The position numbers and the translations under genes are program-made. Below are positions 12,628 to 22,685 of a DNA stretch of 64,000 nt, piece after piece (within the stretch, counting starts at the first letter, position 1; the number at the start of each line of letters is the position of its first letter). Source of the stretch: a virus. Its lineage: Duplodnaviria > Caudoviricetes. The notes under the pieces are model-generated. The model searched no databases. It worked only from the letters and a program-made list of their open reading frames with translations, and was not told the origin of the DNA. The DNA lies in the IMG/VR virus record IMGVR_UViG_3300046167_000801. One strand, 5' to 3'.

Positions 12628-14595
12628 ATGGGTAATCTTGTAACGGTTAAAAATAATTATGATAATGGAGTGTGTAGTGGGTTTACCATATATACAGGTA
12701 CAACCTATAATGGACACCCATTTACAATACCACCATCAGCAAACAGTATTGGTTTTCATACATTACCACATACTTTTGATATTGGTTTTTATAGTGGGCC
12801 ATTATATGTCTTTTTAGAACATTGTGATAATCATATTTCACCCCCTCCAAATGAAGACCCAAAAAAACAAGGTGGATTCCAAGTAGTATTAATAGATGTT
12901 GATTGTGAAGTATGTCCACCAAACTCAGATGCAATTAATTGTACAATGGTTGTTAGTTTTGTAGAGGAGACGTTAACGGATTGTAATTTCAGTGTTAGTT
13001 TTGTGGAAGGTTCATACCCCACACCTACGGGTACCCCAACAAGTACGGAGACACCTACTCCCACTCCAACAAGTACGGAGACTCCAACACCTACAAGTAC
13101 AGAAACACCCACACCAACACCAATCGTTGTGTCGGACATTGACGTATTTTTAAATAATGGTAGTTCACCGAGTTCGATTTACTCGTATAACCCTAATACT
13201 ACGGTATTAACGTATTTATTTGACTCGACTAACTCATCATATGATATTGCAAACACAAGCAATAAATTATGGGTATATGACGGTGGTGCTAGTACTTCAT
13301 TGTTAGAATACGACATAACGTTAAATCCTTTCTCCCAAACCTTCAATAGAACTATAACATCAGTATCTTCAAATTCTGGTTTATGTGCAATTAATGACAC
13401 CACGTTAATAAACATTGATGGAAGTGATGTTTATGAGTTAGATATAACAACTAATGTTCCTTCCGCAACACTTAAATGGTCGATGATTACAGGAAGAGTG
13501 GTTCAGGGGGATTATATGTACACCACAACAAATAAATTAATTGTTACCAATAACGGTTATATTACTCAGTATGATTATGCCACTGGAACTGTTGAGGTGG
13601 ATATAGACATAAGCGGAACCATACCAAACGCTTACGGGGTATTCGAATATGGGTCAGGTATATATATAGTCGATGTTGGTGGAGAGATTTACCAAATAAT
13701 GGGAACTTCACCTTATACTTTAACATTGGTAGACGATGTACTATTCACGGTATATGGGGCATCTCAAATCCCTTCAAAAATAACCGAAGATTTTACACCC
13801 GTCACCGAATCAACATCAACACCAACTCCAACAAGTACGGAGACGCCGACACCTACACCTACTAATACACCAACGCCAAGCCCAACAAGTAGTCCAACAC
13901 CTACACCTACAAGTAGTCCAACACCCACAAGTACAGAAACATCTACCCCTACTCCCACTCCAACAAGTACGGAGACACCTACACCTACACCAACAAGTAC
14001 GGAGACACCTACACCTACACCAACAAGTAGTCCTACACCAATACCTACAGATACACCAATACCGACATATACTCCTATTCCAACAGAGACACCAACCCCA
14101 ACACCTACAGAAACCTGTGTTGATATAGAATTTTGTTCGAAGGAAGGGACTGCAGGTTCTGAAGTACAATATGAAGGATGTGATGGTATCACATATAATC
14201 TATCTGTACCTGGTGGGGATTGTGTACAACCACCTAGATGTGTTAGAAGTAATTCATGGATATATAGTAATCCAAACAATATGGAACCTGTAACATTACT
14301 ACCAGGAGATTGTGCAGGATCACCACCACCACAAACAGCAACACCTGTACCGACAGCATTACCGACTTGTGTGTGTATAGAGTTTACAAACATTTCAACT
14401 GGTGACAGGGCGGGATATTACGATGATTGTAGTGGAATATCACAAACAGTGGTTGTTGGGTCATATGCGACGGAAAAGGTGTGTGGAGATGGTAACAACA
14501 TAACAGTATCGGACCCTAAAGTACAATATCAAATAACAGGTAATTGTTTTGAAGGTAGTTGTCCTGATAATGATAGAGTAGAAGAACCCAGATAA
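12628..14595 (+). CDS. PT-linker protein with a central beta-propeller-like region and Cys modules (655 aa)
   Basis: Track ORF. It has a central beta-rich repeat-like region between PT tracts, and C-terminal Cys modules paralogous to 10964. Confidence 0.75.
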   Translation: MGNLVTVKNNYDNGVCSGFTIYTGTTYNGHPFTIPPSANSIGFHTLPHTFDIGFYSGPLYVFLEHCDNHISPPPNEDPKKQGGFQVVLIDVDCEVCPPNSDAINCTMVVSFVEETLTDCNFSVSFVEGSYPTPTGTPTSTETPTPTPTSTETPTPTSTETPTPTPIVVSDIDVFLNNGSSPSSIYSYNPNTTVLTYLFDSTNSSYDIANTSNKLWVYDGGASTSLLEYDITLNPFSQTFNRTITSVSSNSGLCAINDTTLINIDGSDVYELDITTNVPSATLKWSMITGRVVQGDYMYTTTNKLIVTNNGYITQYDYATGTVEVDIDISGTIPNAYGVFEYGSGIYIVDVGGEIYQIMGTSPYTLTLVDDVLFTVYGASQIPSKITEDFTPVTESTSTPTPTSTETPTPTPTNTPTPSPTSSPTPTPTSSPTPTSTETSTPTPTPTSTETPTPTPTSTETPTPTPTSSPTPIPTDTPIPTYTPIPTETPTPTPTETCVDIEFCSKEGTAGSEVQYEGCDGITYNLSVPGGDCVQPPRCVRSNSWIYSNPNNMEPVTLLPGDCAGSPPPQTATPVPTALPTCVCIEFTNISTGDRAGYYDDCSGISQTVVVGSYATEKVCGDGNNITVSDPKVQYQITGNCFEGSCPDNDRVEEPR

Positions 14596-14648
14596 TAAAA
14601 TTATTCTATGATATTTATAATTAACATTAAAAAGCGTATACTTTAATT

Positions 14649-16940
14649 ATGAGTTTCTTAAATCAAAATAATGCAGAGTTCCTGTCAGCGAGATTAACCC
14701 AAAAAGGGAGAAAGTCTATTGCAGAAGGGGACTTCCAAATAAAGTTTTTTCAGGTTGGTGATTCTGAGTTCGATTATACTCAACCCTTTAACCAATTAAC
14801 TGGTGAGATAGATACACCACAACAAAATGTTTTTGCACCTTTTGATAAAGATAGTCAAGTAAAGTATCCTTATTTAATGGATAATAACCAAACTACAACG
14901 TATGGTGTACCAATAAAGGATTCAATTACTGAAACTCTAAGAAATGGAATGGGACCTGCAGGGTTCATAACAGAATATAAAGAGTATGATGAGGTTAATT
15001 GTAGTGGTACTACTATAGAATGTGCAACAGTTAGAATACCTCTAAGTGGGGTTAGTGCAACTAATACGATTACATTTACGGAAACACAGGCATATTTAGA
15101 TTGTGATAATGGATCGGTTTCTTCTATAGATACTGATTACTTATCAAGATTTAATCAATGCGAATACATCACCATAGTTTTCAATAATGAATTTGTGAGT
15201 GAAGAACAAGTTGTTACAGGAAATTCAACTAGTTTAGTTTATAAAATTTTAAATATAACAACAGTTACGGGAGTTACAACAACACCTAATTGTGATGAAG
15301 TAATAACAGGACAAACAACAATAACTGTTGATAGGTACACCCCCGATTTTAGTTCAATTAATGGTTATGCTGAAGTCGTTTGTAATAAATGTAAAATAGA
15401 ACATCCTTTATCAGGAACTACTTCTGAAGTCTGTGTGTCAAACCAAGTTGATCCAAGTGAACAACATGACCCATGGACATTAAATACTGTTTGGAAGGAA
15501 TTACCAATAGGTGGTCAGATTGACGATGAAAGTATAAGTGGATACACCAGTGCAAAACACATATCCACAATGGAGTATTTAGGTTATGGTACTTCAGAAG
15601 GTCAAGTTACAAACACAGGTACAACATATTTTAATTCATTTAATGAGGAGATTGTTGTTTCGCCAGAAGAACAAAAATGTATAGCGGTAATCCACTATTC
15701 TGAATTAGGTCATGTATTTGAGGATCCTGAAAGATTTTTTAAGTATGATGATTACGTCGGTAGTTCCACAGGAACCACAAAAGGTGTATTGGTTGATGAA
15801 GAAGTTATTTCAGATGTAGAATTTTTTAATATATACATACCATTTATATATTATGAAAATAGTACGGGAACTACAGTGGGCGCTGAATTTAAAATGGATG
15901 TGACGGATTATTTTATGGACTCAACAGTCGCAGGGACACCTGGAGATATAAGAACCAAATATGTTAAGTTTAGATACGTTTTAGATGAAATAGGTAAAAG
16001 AGTTGGTAAAATATTTGTAGATAAGAAAATCATAGTATTTGATGATCAAGAAATGGTTGCTTTACTAGATTATAGATCTAATAGAAGATATACCTTACCA
16101 ACACCAAAAGTTTACCATATCCCAAGTGATGGGGTAGTAGCGGAGTCGTGTTTTTCGGGAACAACTGCACAAACATATTATTTAACATATATGTTGAGTT
16201 ATGAATCAGGCAATGAATTCCAATTAAACAGTTTACCGTGTAATAATTTCTCTAAAGTACAAATAAATATAGTTGATAATGAATGTGAGATTAAGTATCC
16301 CGCAAACATAGGATTTAAATGGGGAGGGACAGATCACCCAAATAATGTAGGATCATTCCAACACATGAACACAACCTTCAGTGGTTCAACTAAGGGTTAT
16401 ATCGCAAATAAATTATGGGTTTTAGTACAAGAAACAACAAATGAGGTTGGTTTGATACCCGACCCTACACAATGGACTAAAATAGATATTACGGATAAGA
16501 TACCTAATCACGTATCGGGGTTAATAGACCCTACTAATCTTAGGGACCATACCTTTGTAATAACACAAAATGATATAGACGGAGGTAACCTATTTGATTT
16601 AGAAAATTATTTAAAAGAATTACCAACGGGTACCGATTATATGGGTAGTCAAGACCCATCTTCTGACCCACAATTTGGAGATGAGCAACCTTTTCCGGGG
16701 AGTGTCAAATTAGTTAGATGTACTGACATTGAAGAAATGAGATTTTTGGTTAATTTACCACATACTCAATGGAATATAACTCAAAACCCAACATATAATA
16801 ATGGTATGAGATCCAATGAAGAAAGAATTACTGAAGTGGCCTTACTTAATCAGAATAAAGAAACTTTAGTTACGGCTAAGACATCAACCCCAATTAAGAG
16901 GAAGGGGTCTCAAGTCATTTCAGTAAAAATAGATTTTTAA
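14649..16940 (+). CDS. Probable baseplate/tail-associated structural protein (763 aa)
   Basis: The N-terminal SARLTQKGRK..F.IKFFQVGDSE.DY and C-terminal RITEVALLN....LV.AK...PI resemble motifs I recall from large-phage baseplate/tail-collar proteins. It is preceded by TATTTATA. Confidence 0.55.
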   Translation: MSFLNQNNAEFLSARLTQKGRKSIAEGDFQIKFFQVGDSEFDYTQPFNQLTGEIDTPQQNVFAPFDKDSQVKYPYLMDNNQTTTYGVPIKDSITETLRNGMGPAGFITEYKEYDEVNCSGTTIECATVRIPLSGVSATNTITFTETQAYLDCDNGSVSSIDTDYLSRFNQCEYITIVFNNEFVSEEQVVTGNSTSLVYKILNITTVTGVTTTPNCDEVITGQTTITVDRYTPDFSSINGYAEVVCNKCKIEHPLSGTTSEVCVSNQVDPSEQHDPWTLNTVWKELPIGGQIDDESISGYTSAKHISTMEYLGYGTSEGQVTNTGTTYFNSFNEEIVVSPEEQKCIAVIHYSELGHVFEDPERFFKYDDYVGSSTGTTKGVLVDEEVISDVEFFNIYIPFIYYENSTGTTVGAEFKMDVTDYFMDSTVAGTPGDIRTKYVKFRYVLDEIGKRVGKIFVDKKIIVFDDQEMVALLDYRSNRRYTLPTPKVYHIPSDGVVAESCFSGTTAQTYYLTYMLSYESGNEFQLNSLPCNNFSKVQINIVDNECEIKYPANIGFKWGGTDHPNNVGSFQHMNTTFSGSTKGYIANKLWVLVQETTNEVGLIPDPTQWTKIDITDKIPNHVSGLIDPTNLRDHTFVITQNDIDGGNLFDLENYLKELPTGTDYMGSQDPSSDPQFGDEQPFPGSVKLVRCTDIEEMRFLVNLPHTQWNITQNPTYNNGMRSNEERITEVALLNQNKETLVTAKTSTPIKRKGSQVISVKIDF

Positions 16941-16989
16941 TCTTTACAATCTCCTTAAATTTACTTATTAATTGTCTATATACATTTAT

Positions 16990-17595
16990 ATGGACAAGAA
17001 ATTTAAAAATAAACCAAAAATATTAGGGTTAGATATTTCCACAAAAACAATTGGGTGGGCATTATTTGACATAACTGGTTCTCATTTACTTGAGTTAACT
17101 CACTTTTCACCTAAGATAAAACCAAAACCCGAAGATAAGATAGAAGAACTACTTAAAAAGGCGGATGGTTTTAGAAAACACTTAGAAAACTATAAAGATA
17201 TTGGTATTACTAAGGTCATTATCGAAGAACCACTATTAAATTCAAACAATGTTTACACGGTAGGTACTCTACTTAGATATAATAGTATGATTCTTTTATC
17301 ATGTTTTGATGTCTTAGGTATTGTACCAACTTTTATATCAACATATAATGCAAGAAAATTTGCATTCCCCGATCTAGTGGGTAAAAACACAAAGGGTAGA
17401 AACGTATTGTTTGGGGGTTACCCTAAAACCATAGATAAAAAACATGTGGTATGGGAGCACGTAAATGATTTATTTCCTGAAGTCGAATGGCCACTCGCAA
17501 GGACAGGTAACCTTAAAAAAGAAAACTATGACATGAGTGATGCGGCCACTGCGGTTATAGGATACATAAATAAAATAAAAAGTGAGGGGAAATAA
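16990..17595 (+). CDS. ruvC: RuvC-like Holliday junction resolvase
   Basis: RNase H-fold catalytic pattern ILGLDISTKTIGWA, VIIEEP and DMSDAAT. The ATG at 16990 is preferred over the TTG track start. Confidence 0.8.
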   Translation: MDKKFKNKPKILGLDISTKTIGWALFDITGSHLLELTHFSPKIKPKPEDKIEELLKKADGFRKHLENYKDIGITKVIIEEPLLNSNNVYTVGTLLRYNSMILLSCFDVLGIVPTFISTYNARKFAFPDLVGKNTKGRNVLFGGYPKTIDKKHVVWEHVNDLFPEVEWPLARTGNLKKENYDMSDAATAVIGYINKIKSEGK

Positions 17596-17604
17596 GAAAG
17601 GGAC

Positions 17605-17633
17605 TTTACTTTCTTAATAAAATTACTTATATT
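17605..17633 (+). promoter_or_regulatory. sigma70-like promoter TTTACT-N17-TATATT
   Basis: Exact 17-nt spacing, matching four other copies of the class in the window. Confidence 0.6.
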
Positions 17634-17639
17634 TATTAA

Positions 17640-17727
17640 TGAAAAGAGAAAACGGGGCGTATAGGGTTTATTCCTTATACGTTGGTTGGTTGTCCCCAGG
17701 GAGTGGTGTTCCTGGGGACTTTTTTTT
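17640..17727 (+). ncRNA. Candidate small RNA or attenuator leader of about 88 nt with two hairpins
   Basis: GC-rich island in an AT-rich genome: CGTATAGGG-TTTATT-CCTTATACG followed by GTCCCCAGG-GAGTGGTGTT-CCTGGGGAC-T8, directly downstream of a promoter. Confidence 0.4.
17692..17727 (+). terminator. Rho-independent terminator
   Basis: Perfect 9-bp stem GTCCCCAGG/CCTGGGGAC followed by 8 T. Confidence 0.85.
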
Positions 17728-17754
17728 GTCATTTATTTTTCGTATATTATAACT

Positions 17755-18696
17755 ATGATGACCCAAGAAGTAGATTTTATACCGTTAGTTGATGTTCTCC
17801 ACGATATATTTGGTGACAGTAGATCACACAATGATGCGAGGGGTCAAATTACGTTCGATTGTCCCGTATGTTCACATGATGTAAAGGGTTTAGATGAAGG
17901 TGATGGTAAAGGTAATTTAGAGATAAACTATAAAATGTTTGTATATAAATGTTGGGTTTGTTCTGAAACCCACCACACACACGGACATTTAAATAGGTTA
18001 GTTTACAAGTATGGTAGTAAAATACAAATTAGAGATTTCAAATTATATAGTCCTGATGAATTTGTATATCGGGCAGATAAAAAATTTAAAAAATTAAGAC
18101 TACCTAAAGAATTTATAGAATTTTCAGAGGCGAGTACAGGTAGAAAATTGACACACCAATATAAACGAGCATACAATTATTTGAGGGGTAGAAATATAAC
18201 CGATGAAATGATTAAAAAATACCGAATTGGTTATTGTGACAATGGTTTATATGAAAATAGGGTAATTATACCGTCGTACGATGAATACGATGACATAAAT
18301 TATTTTGTTGCTAGGTCTTTTACAAGGTATAGTAGGAGAAAGTATATGAATCCCCAAGCAGATAAAGATAATCTAATATGGAACGAACATTTGATAGATT
18401 GGGACAAACCCGTTTATATTGTTGAGGGGGCATTTGATAGTTTATTTTTAGAAAACTCTATACCAATGTTAGGTAAGTTCATTACCGATAATTTATTGGA
18501 AAAAATATATGATAACGCAAATAAAGTAACCATTGTTTTGGATGGGGATGCGTGGTCAGATACTGTAAAATTATACCACAGAATGAATGTGGGAAGACTC
18601 ATGGGTAAAATATGGGTAATAAAATTAGACTCAGATAAGGACATTGCCGATATGGGTGGTGACTTATCAAATCACAACGAAACACAATTAGATTAA
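17755..18696 (+). CDS. dnaG: DNA primase (Zn-binding domain + TOPRIM)
   Basis: CPVC...CWVC zinc finger, RVIIP...YFVARS, YMNP, VYIVEGAFD and IVLDGDA. The likely ATG is 17755 or 17758. Confidence 0.88.
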   Translation: MMTQEVDFIPLVDVLHDIFGDSRSHNDARGQITFDCPVCSHDVKGLDEGDGKGNLEINYKMFVYKCWVCSETHHTHGHLNRLVYKYGSKIQIRDFKLYSPDEFVYRADKKFKKLRLPKEFIEFSEASTGRKLTHQYKRAYNYLRGRNITDEMIKKYRIGYCDNGLYENRVIIPSYDEYDDINYFVARSFTRYSRRKYMNPQADKDNLIWNEHLIDWDKPVYIVEGAFDSLFLENSIPMLGKFITDNLLEKIYDNANKVTIVLDGDAWSDTVKLYHRMNVGRLMGKIWVIKLDSDKDIADMGGDLSNHNETQLD

Positions 18697-19550
18697 TGGA
18701 TTTAAATAAAGAGGCAGAGAAAATAAGAAAAATACTAAATAAAAGAAGAGAAGATATAAGTTTAACTTTTATTGAGGAAGACCATTTATATTTCATGAGG
18801 GATAATAATGGTATGATTAGGTCTAATTATCCATCGGTATCCAAGGTTATAAAAAAATTCTATGAAGAGTTTGATTCTGAAGGTATCTCATGGAGAATGT
18901 CTAAGGGAGACAAACAAAAACAGAAAGAATTATTAAAGGAGTGGGCCGATAAAGGAACTTACGCAACTAACCAAGGGAGTAGGGTACATTACATTTTAGA
19001 AAAAGAGTTGATCTCAGAGTACGGAGATTATAAAGATGTAAGAGAACCAATATATCAATGTGATGAGGAACAAATAGAACGAAGTAATAATATGATAGGT
19101 GCGGGAAAAGACTTTATAAAGTTAATGCACGAAAGAAATGCAGTATTACTCGATACGGAAATTGTCTTAGGTGATCCTGATTTAGGTTATGTGGGTCAAC
19201 CTGATAAGGTGTGGTTAGTTGAGAATAAAGAAGGTACCGATTATGGTATTGTTATTACTGATTGGAAAACAAATAAACCTGAAAACTTTAAAAAGAAACA
19301 TTACACAAAAAAAATGTATCCACCTTTTGATAATGTAGATAGTACTGCATTAGGTCACTATTATTTACAACTACCCTTTTACGGTAGACTTCTTATGAAG
19401 ATGTTAGAGGGTTCGGATTTTGAACACAAGAAATTGTTAGGTTGTATAATCGTCTTGGTAAAGGAAGATATGAGTTATGAGGAATATAGGGTACCTAAAG
19501 ATGTCACACATAAAATCCTTTTAATGGATATGGATAAAGTTTTAAAATAA
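18696..19550 (+). CDS. PD-(D/E)XK (RecB/YqaJ-like) exonuclease
   Basis: GSRVHY.LE, E..LGD..LGYVGQPD, ITDWKTNK and HYYLQL. Confidence 0.8.
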   Translation: MDLNKEAEKIRKILNKRREDISLTFIEEDHLYFMRDNNGMIRSNYPSVSKVIKKFYEEFDSEGISWRMSKGDKQKQKELLKEWADKGTYATNQGSRVHYILEKELISEYGDYKDVREPIYQCDEEQIERSNNMIGAGKDFIKLMHERNAVLLDTEIVLGDPDLGYVGQPDKVWLVENKEGTDYGIVITDWKTNKPENFKKKHYTKKMYPPFDNVDSTALGHYYLQLPFYGRLLMKMLEGSDFEHKKLLGCIIVLVKEDMSYEEYRVPKDVTHKILLMDMDKVLK

Positions 19551-19999
19551 TGGGAAAAGGAAAGATAGGTTTTACTGCGGGTAATTTTGATTTATTACAT
19601 CCGGGTTATATATACACTTTCGAGACCGCAAAACAACATTGTGATTGGTTTATTGTCTTCCTACAAAGAGATCCATCTTTACATAGAAAAAGTAAATATA
19701 AACCTGTTATCCCTCTTTACGAAAGATATAAAACTCTAATGTCTATACAATACATAGATGAAGTATTCGTATACCAAACAGAAGAAGAATTATTAGAATT
19801 GATAAATATAATTAAACCTGATATCAGAATATTGGGTGAAGATTATTTAGGTAAAGATTTCACAGGGAAAGAACTACCAATAGAGGTAATATATACAACT
19901 AGATCCCATAATTGGTCAACTACTAAAATAAAAGATCTTATTACAAGACAGACCATACAACAAAACCCAAACATATTAAATGATGGAGAAGAAATTTAA
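19550..19999 (+). CDS. TagD-like nucleotidyltransferase (cytidylyltransferase)
   Basis: FTAGNFDLLHPGY, YIDEV, IKPDIRILGEDY and STTKIK. Confidence 0.85.
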   Translation: MGKGKIGFTAGNFDLLHPGYIYTFETAKQHCDWFIVFLQRDPSLHRKSKYKPVIPLYERYKTLMSIQYIDEVFVYQTEEELLELINIIKPDIRILGEDYLGKDFTGKELPIEVIYTTRSHNWSTTKIKDLITRQTIQQNPNILNDGEEI

Positions 20000-20735
20000 G
20001 AAAGGAGTTATTGCGGGTAATTTTGATATTATTCATCCAGGTTATGTTCACATGTTTAAAGAGTGTTTCGATCAATGTGAAGAGTTTATAATTTTATTAC
20101 ATACCGATCCATCAATTGAAAGACCTAAAGAAAAATTAAAACCAATTTTAGATATACAGGAAAGAATGCAGATCCTTTTCTCTATAAGATTCATTTCAAA
20201 TATATATACATATACATATGAAAAGGATTTGGTTGAACTTCTTAAAGAGATAAAACCCGACGTAAGGTTCCAAGGTGTTGACTATAAAGACCGAAAATTC
20301 ACTGGCGATGAGTTAGATATTCCAATATCATGGATTAATAGGGATCATGGATGGTCTACCACAAAATTTAAAAAACTGATAAGTGAGTCGACTTATCAAA
20401 GTGAGGTTAAACCTTGGGGTGAATATAAAGTAGTTTACGAAACAGATAAATGTAAAGTAAAGAATATTATATTAAATCCAGAACAAAGAATGTCTTACCA
20501 ATACCATACTGAAAGGCAGGAGGTATGGACAGTCACCAAAGGAACTTTGACCATTGTATTAGATGATGAAAAAATTTTTAGAGGTGAGGGACAATCAGTT
20601 AGAATACCTAAAGGGAGAAAACACAGAGCATGGAATGAGACAGATGAGGTTGTTGAATTTGTAGAAGTCCAAACAGGAACTTACTTTGGTGAGGACGATA
20701 TCATTAGAATAGAAGACGATTATAAAAGAGAGTAA
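19980..20735 (+). CDS. Cytidylyltransferase fused to a type II mannose-6-phosphate isomerase-like cupin
   Basis: GNFDIIHPGY N-terminal domain. C-terminal KPWGEY...VK.I...P..R.SYQYH..R.E.W.V..G...H...N......EVQTG.YFGEDDIIRIEDDY.R. Confidence 0.88.
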   Translation: MMEKKFKKGVIAGNFDIIHPGYVHMFKECFDQCEEFIILLHTDPSIERPKEKLKPILDIQERMQILFSIRFISNIYTYTYEKDLVELLKEIKPDVRFQGVDYKDRKFTGDELDIPISWINRDHGWSTTKFKKLISESTYQSEVKPWGEYKVVYETDKCKVKNIILNPEQRMSYQYHTERQEVWTVTKGTLTIVLDDEKIFRGEGQSVRIPKGRKHRAWNETDEVVEFVEVQTGTYFGEDDIIRIEDDYKRE

Positions 20736-20736
20736 T

Positions 20737-20976
20737 ATGAAAACAGTTAAAAATAATAGTGAAGACGTAAGAAGAGTTGATGACTCTACTGCAGAAATGT
20801 TGGTTAGTAGTGGTTCTTGGTTTTATTGTAGTAAAGAAGAATATAAGAAAAATAGAAAATCTGTTAAGGTAAAAACTAACAACAAAACCGAAACTAAAGA
20901 TATAGAAAACAGAGGTTTATCAGATAAAAAACTTAGAAGAGAAAGAAAACGAGCTAAATCAAATAGAAATGATTAA
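20737..20976 (+). CDS. Small basic hypothetical protein
   Basis: Track ORF packed between its neighbours with overlapping stop/start. Confidence 0.6.
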   Translation: MKTVKNNSEDVRRVDDSTAEMLVSSGSWFYCSKEEYKKNRKSVKVKTNNKTETKDIENRGLSDKKLRRERKRAKSNRND

Positions 20977-21772
20977 AAAAATTATACATACTGCCGACAT
21001 ACATATACGTAGGACTAAGTACCACGATATGTATATTGAACAATTTGAAAAGTTTATTGAGAGTGCTAAGGAACAAGTAAAGGGTTATGAATACCACGAA
21101 ATAAGGGTCGTTATTGCGGGTGACTTGGTTCATGAAAAGATAAACATATCTAACGAACAATTAGTAATATTATCTAAATTCTTAAATGACATTACTCGTG
21201 AAATAGGTAAGGTAGTTATCATACCCGGTAATCATGATTTCTTAGAAAATAATCACGAAAGGGTTGATAGTATAACACCTGTTGTTGAAATGATGAAAAA
21301 CGACAACATTGTCTACTATAAAGATAGTGAGGTTTATAAAGACGAGAATATTAATTGGGTTGTCTACTCACTATACCAACACAATCAAAGACCTGTATTT
21401 GAAAAAGAAGACGGGTTATATGTCGGTCTTTTCCATAGTCCAATTGCGGGATTATCCACCGACACTGGTTATGAGTTTGAAGACGGATATTCTCCTTTAA
21501 ATTTTAAGGACCTTGACATATTATTATGTGGAGACATTCATAAGAGACAAGTTTTTGAATTACCTGATGGTGGGAGAGCGGTTATGGTTGGTTCATTAGT
21601 ACAACAAAACTTTGGCGAAACGGTAAAACATCACGGATATGGTATTTATGATGTAGAGACCGATGACTATGAGTTCTTTGATTTGGAAAACAAACAACCA
21701 TTTCTTCACTTCTCAATAAACGACATTAAAGATATTGATGATGAAAAAGAAATCCTCCTTAATATTGGATGA
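20969..21772 (+). CDS. sbcD: SbcD/Mre11-like metallophosphoesterase (gp47-like nuclease subunit)
   Basis: HTADIH, IAGDLVH, IPGNHD, LFH and LCGDIHK motifs. Confidence 0.88.
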   Translation: MIKKIIHTADIHIRRTKYHDMYIEQFEKFIESAKEQVKGYEYHEIRVVIAGDLVHEKINISNEQLVILSKFLNDITREIGKVVIIPGNHDFLENNHERVDSITPVVEMMKNDNIVYYKDSEVYKDENINWVVYSLYQHNQRPVFEKEDGLYVGLFHSPIAGLSTDTGYEFEDGYSPLNFKDLDILLCGDIHKRQVFELPDGGRAVMVGSLVQQNFGETVKHHGYGIYDVETDDYEFFDLENKQPFLHFSINDIKDIDDEKEILLNIG

Positions 21773-22325
21773 TGAATTCCTTGAATACTGTGAACTAAAT
21801 AAAATAGTTAAGGTAAACAAGTTAGCAAAGGAAACATTTGACAGAGGATTCACTATCTTAAAATACGGTGAAACTCCCTCCTTTTTAAAAGGTAAGGAAG
21901 TCATTAAGGAGATTGAGAAAGAAGTCGTAAAAGAAATTGAAGTAATCAAAGAAGTAGAAAAACCTGTTGAAGTAATCAAAGAGGTTGAAAAGATAGTTGA
22001 AGTAGAAAAACCTATCGAAGTAATAGTAGAAAAGGAAATATACATAACTGATGACGAGCAGGTCAAACAACTCGGTGATAAAATCTCTGAATTAGAAAAA
22101 GATAAAAAAGGACTATCAAAAAAAGTCACCTCACTTGAGACAAAACTTAAAAAGAAACCTAAGAAAGTTGTAAAGGAGGTTATCAATAACGATGAGATTG
22201 AGAAATTGAAAGAAGAGAATAAAAAACTTAAAGAGGAGTTAGAAAAAATAACCTCATCTCTATCCAACCTAAACAAAGCAAAATACATTAAAAATTCCAA
22301 CCTAAACTCATTATACGACGAGTAA
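21741..22325 (+). CDS. Coiled-coil protein with KEVEK(P/I)VEV repeats
   Basis: Track ORF 21735..22325 with ATGs at 21738 and 21741, repetitive V/E/K motifs and a C-terminal coiled coil. Confidence 0.7.
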   Translation: MKKKSSLILDDEFLEYCELNKIVKVNKLAKETFDRGFTILKYGETPSFLKGKEVIKEIEKEVVKEIEVIKEVEKPVEVIKEVEKIVEVEKPIEVIVEKEIYITDDEQVKQLGDKISELEKDKKGLSKKVTSLETKLKKKPKKVVKEVINNDEIEKLKEENKKLKEELEKITSSLSNLNKAKYIKNSNLNSLYDE

Positions 22326-22331
22326 ACGGGG

Positions 22332-22360
22332 TTGACTCTTAATATTAATTTACGTATCTT
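22332..22360 (+). promoter_or_regulatory. sigma70-like promoter TTGACT-N17-TATCTT
   Basis: Intergenic, exact spacing, 5 nt upstream of ATG 22366. Confidence 0.7.
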
Positions 22361-22365
22361 TTAAT

Positions 22366-22677
22366 ATGATAGGTTTATTAATATTTTGGAGTTTTATGGC
22401 GTATGGAATGACGACCATAATAGTATACGGATCAATATTCGAAGGTCTTCGTAATTGGATCAACAAACACTCAAAGTTTTTCGGTGAATTAGTTAATTGT
22501 CCTCTATGTACATCAACATGGGTGGGTTTCTTTTTATCGTTAACCTTAGGAGGTATAAGTTCAAAAATTTTCTCGGTAGGTTATTTTGGGATATTCTTTG
22601 ACGGATTATTCACCGCGGGTGTCGTTTGGGCAATAAACTCTTTTGTAGAATTTTTCGAAGAAAGTAGAATAAAATAA
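22366..22677 (+). CDS. Small membrane protein, DUF1360-like
   Basis: Hydrophobic helices flanking a CPLCTSTWVG motif. Confidence 0.6.
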   Translation: MIGLLIFWSFMAYGMTTIIVYGSIFEGLRNWINKHSKFFGELVNCPLCTSTWVGFFLSLTLGGISSKIFSVGYFGIFFDGLFTAGVVWAINSFVEFFEESRIK

Positions 22678-22685
22678 GACCATGA

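Noticed and set aside
1675-14393. Long minus-strand Gly-Val-rich ORFs and alternative-frame His/Gln/Leu-rich ORFs (e.g. 1675..2307, 1827..2309, 9820..10062, 13764..14393)
   Set aside because: These are shadow frames of the PT repeats. Antisense CCN/ACN codons give GGN/NGT and lack stops, and they fully overlap better + strand genes.
1-16940. Eukaryotic or giant-virus (NCLDV) origin suggested by mucin-like, cadherin and Cys-rich proteins
   Set aside because: The same contig carries a bacterial sigma-70, NusG, ClpP, Rho-independent terminators, overlapping operonic genes and an S74 tail fibre, all of which indicate a bacteriophage.
17640-17727. tRNA gene
   Set aside because: No cloverleaf, T-loop (GTTCRA) or acceptor stem can be formed. 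Kept only as an sRNA/attenuator candidate.
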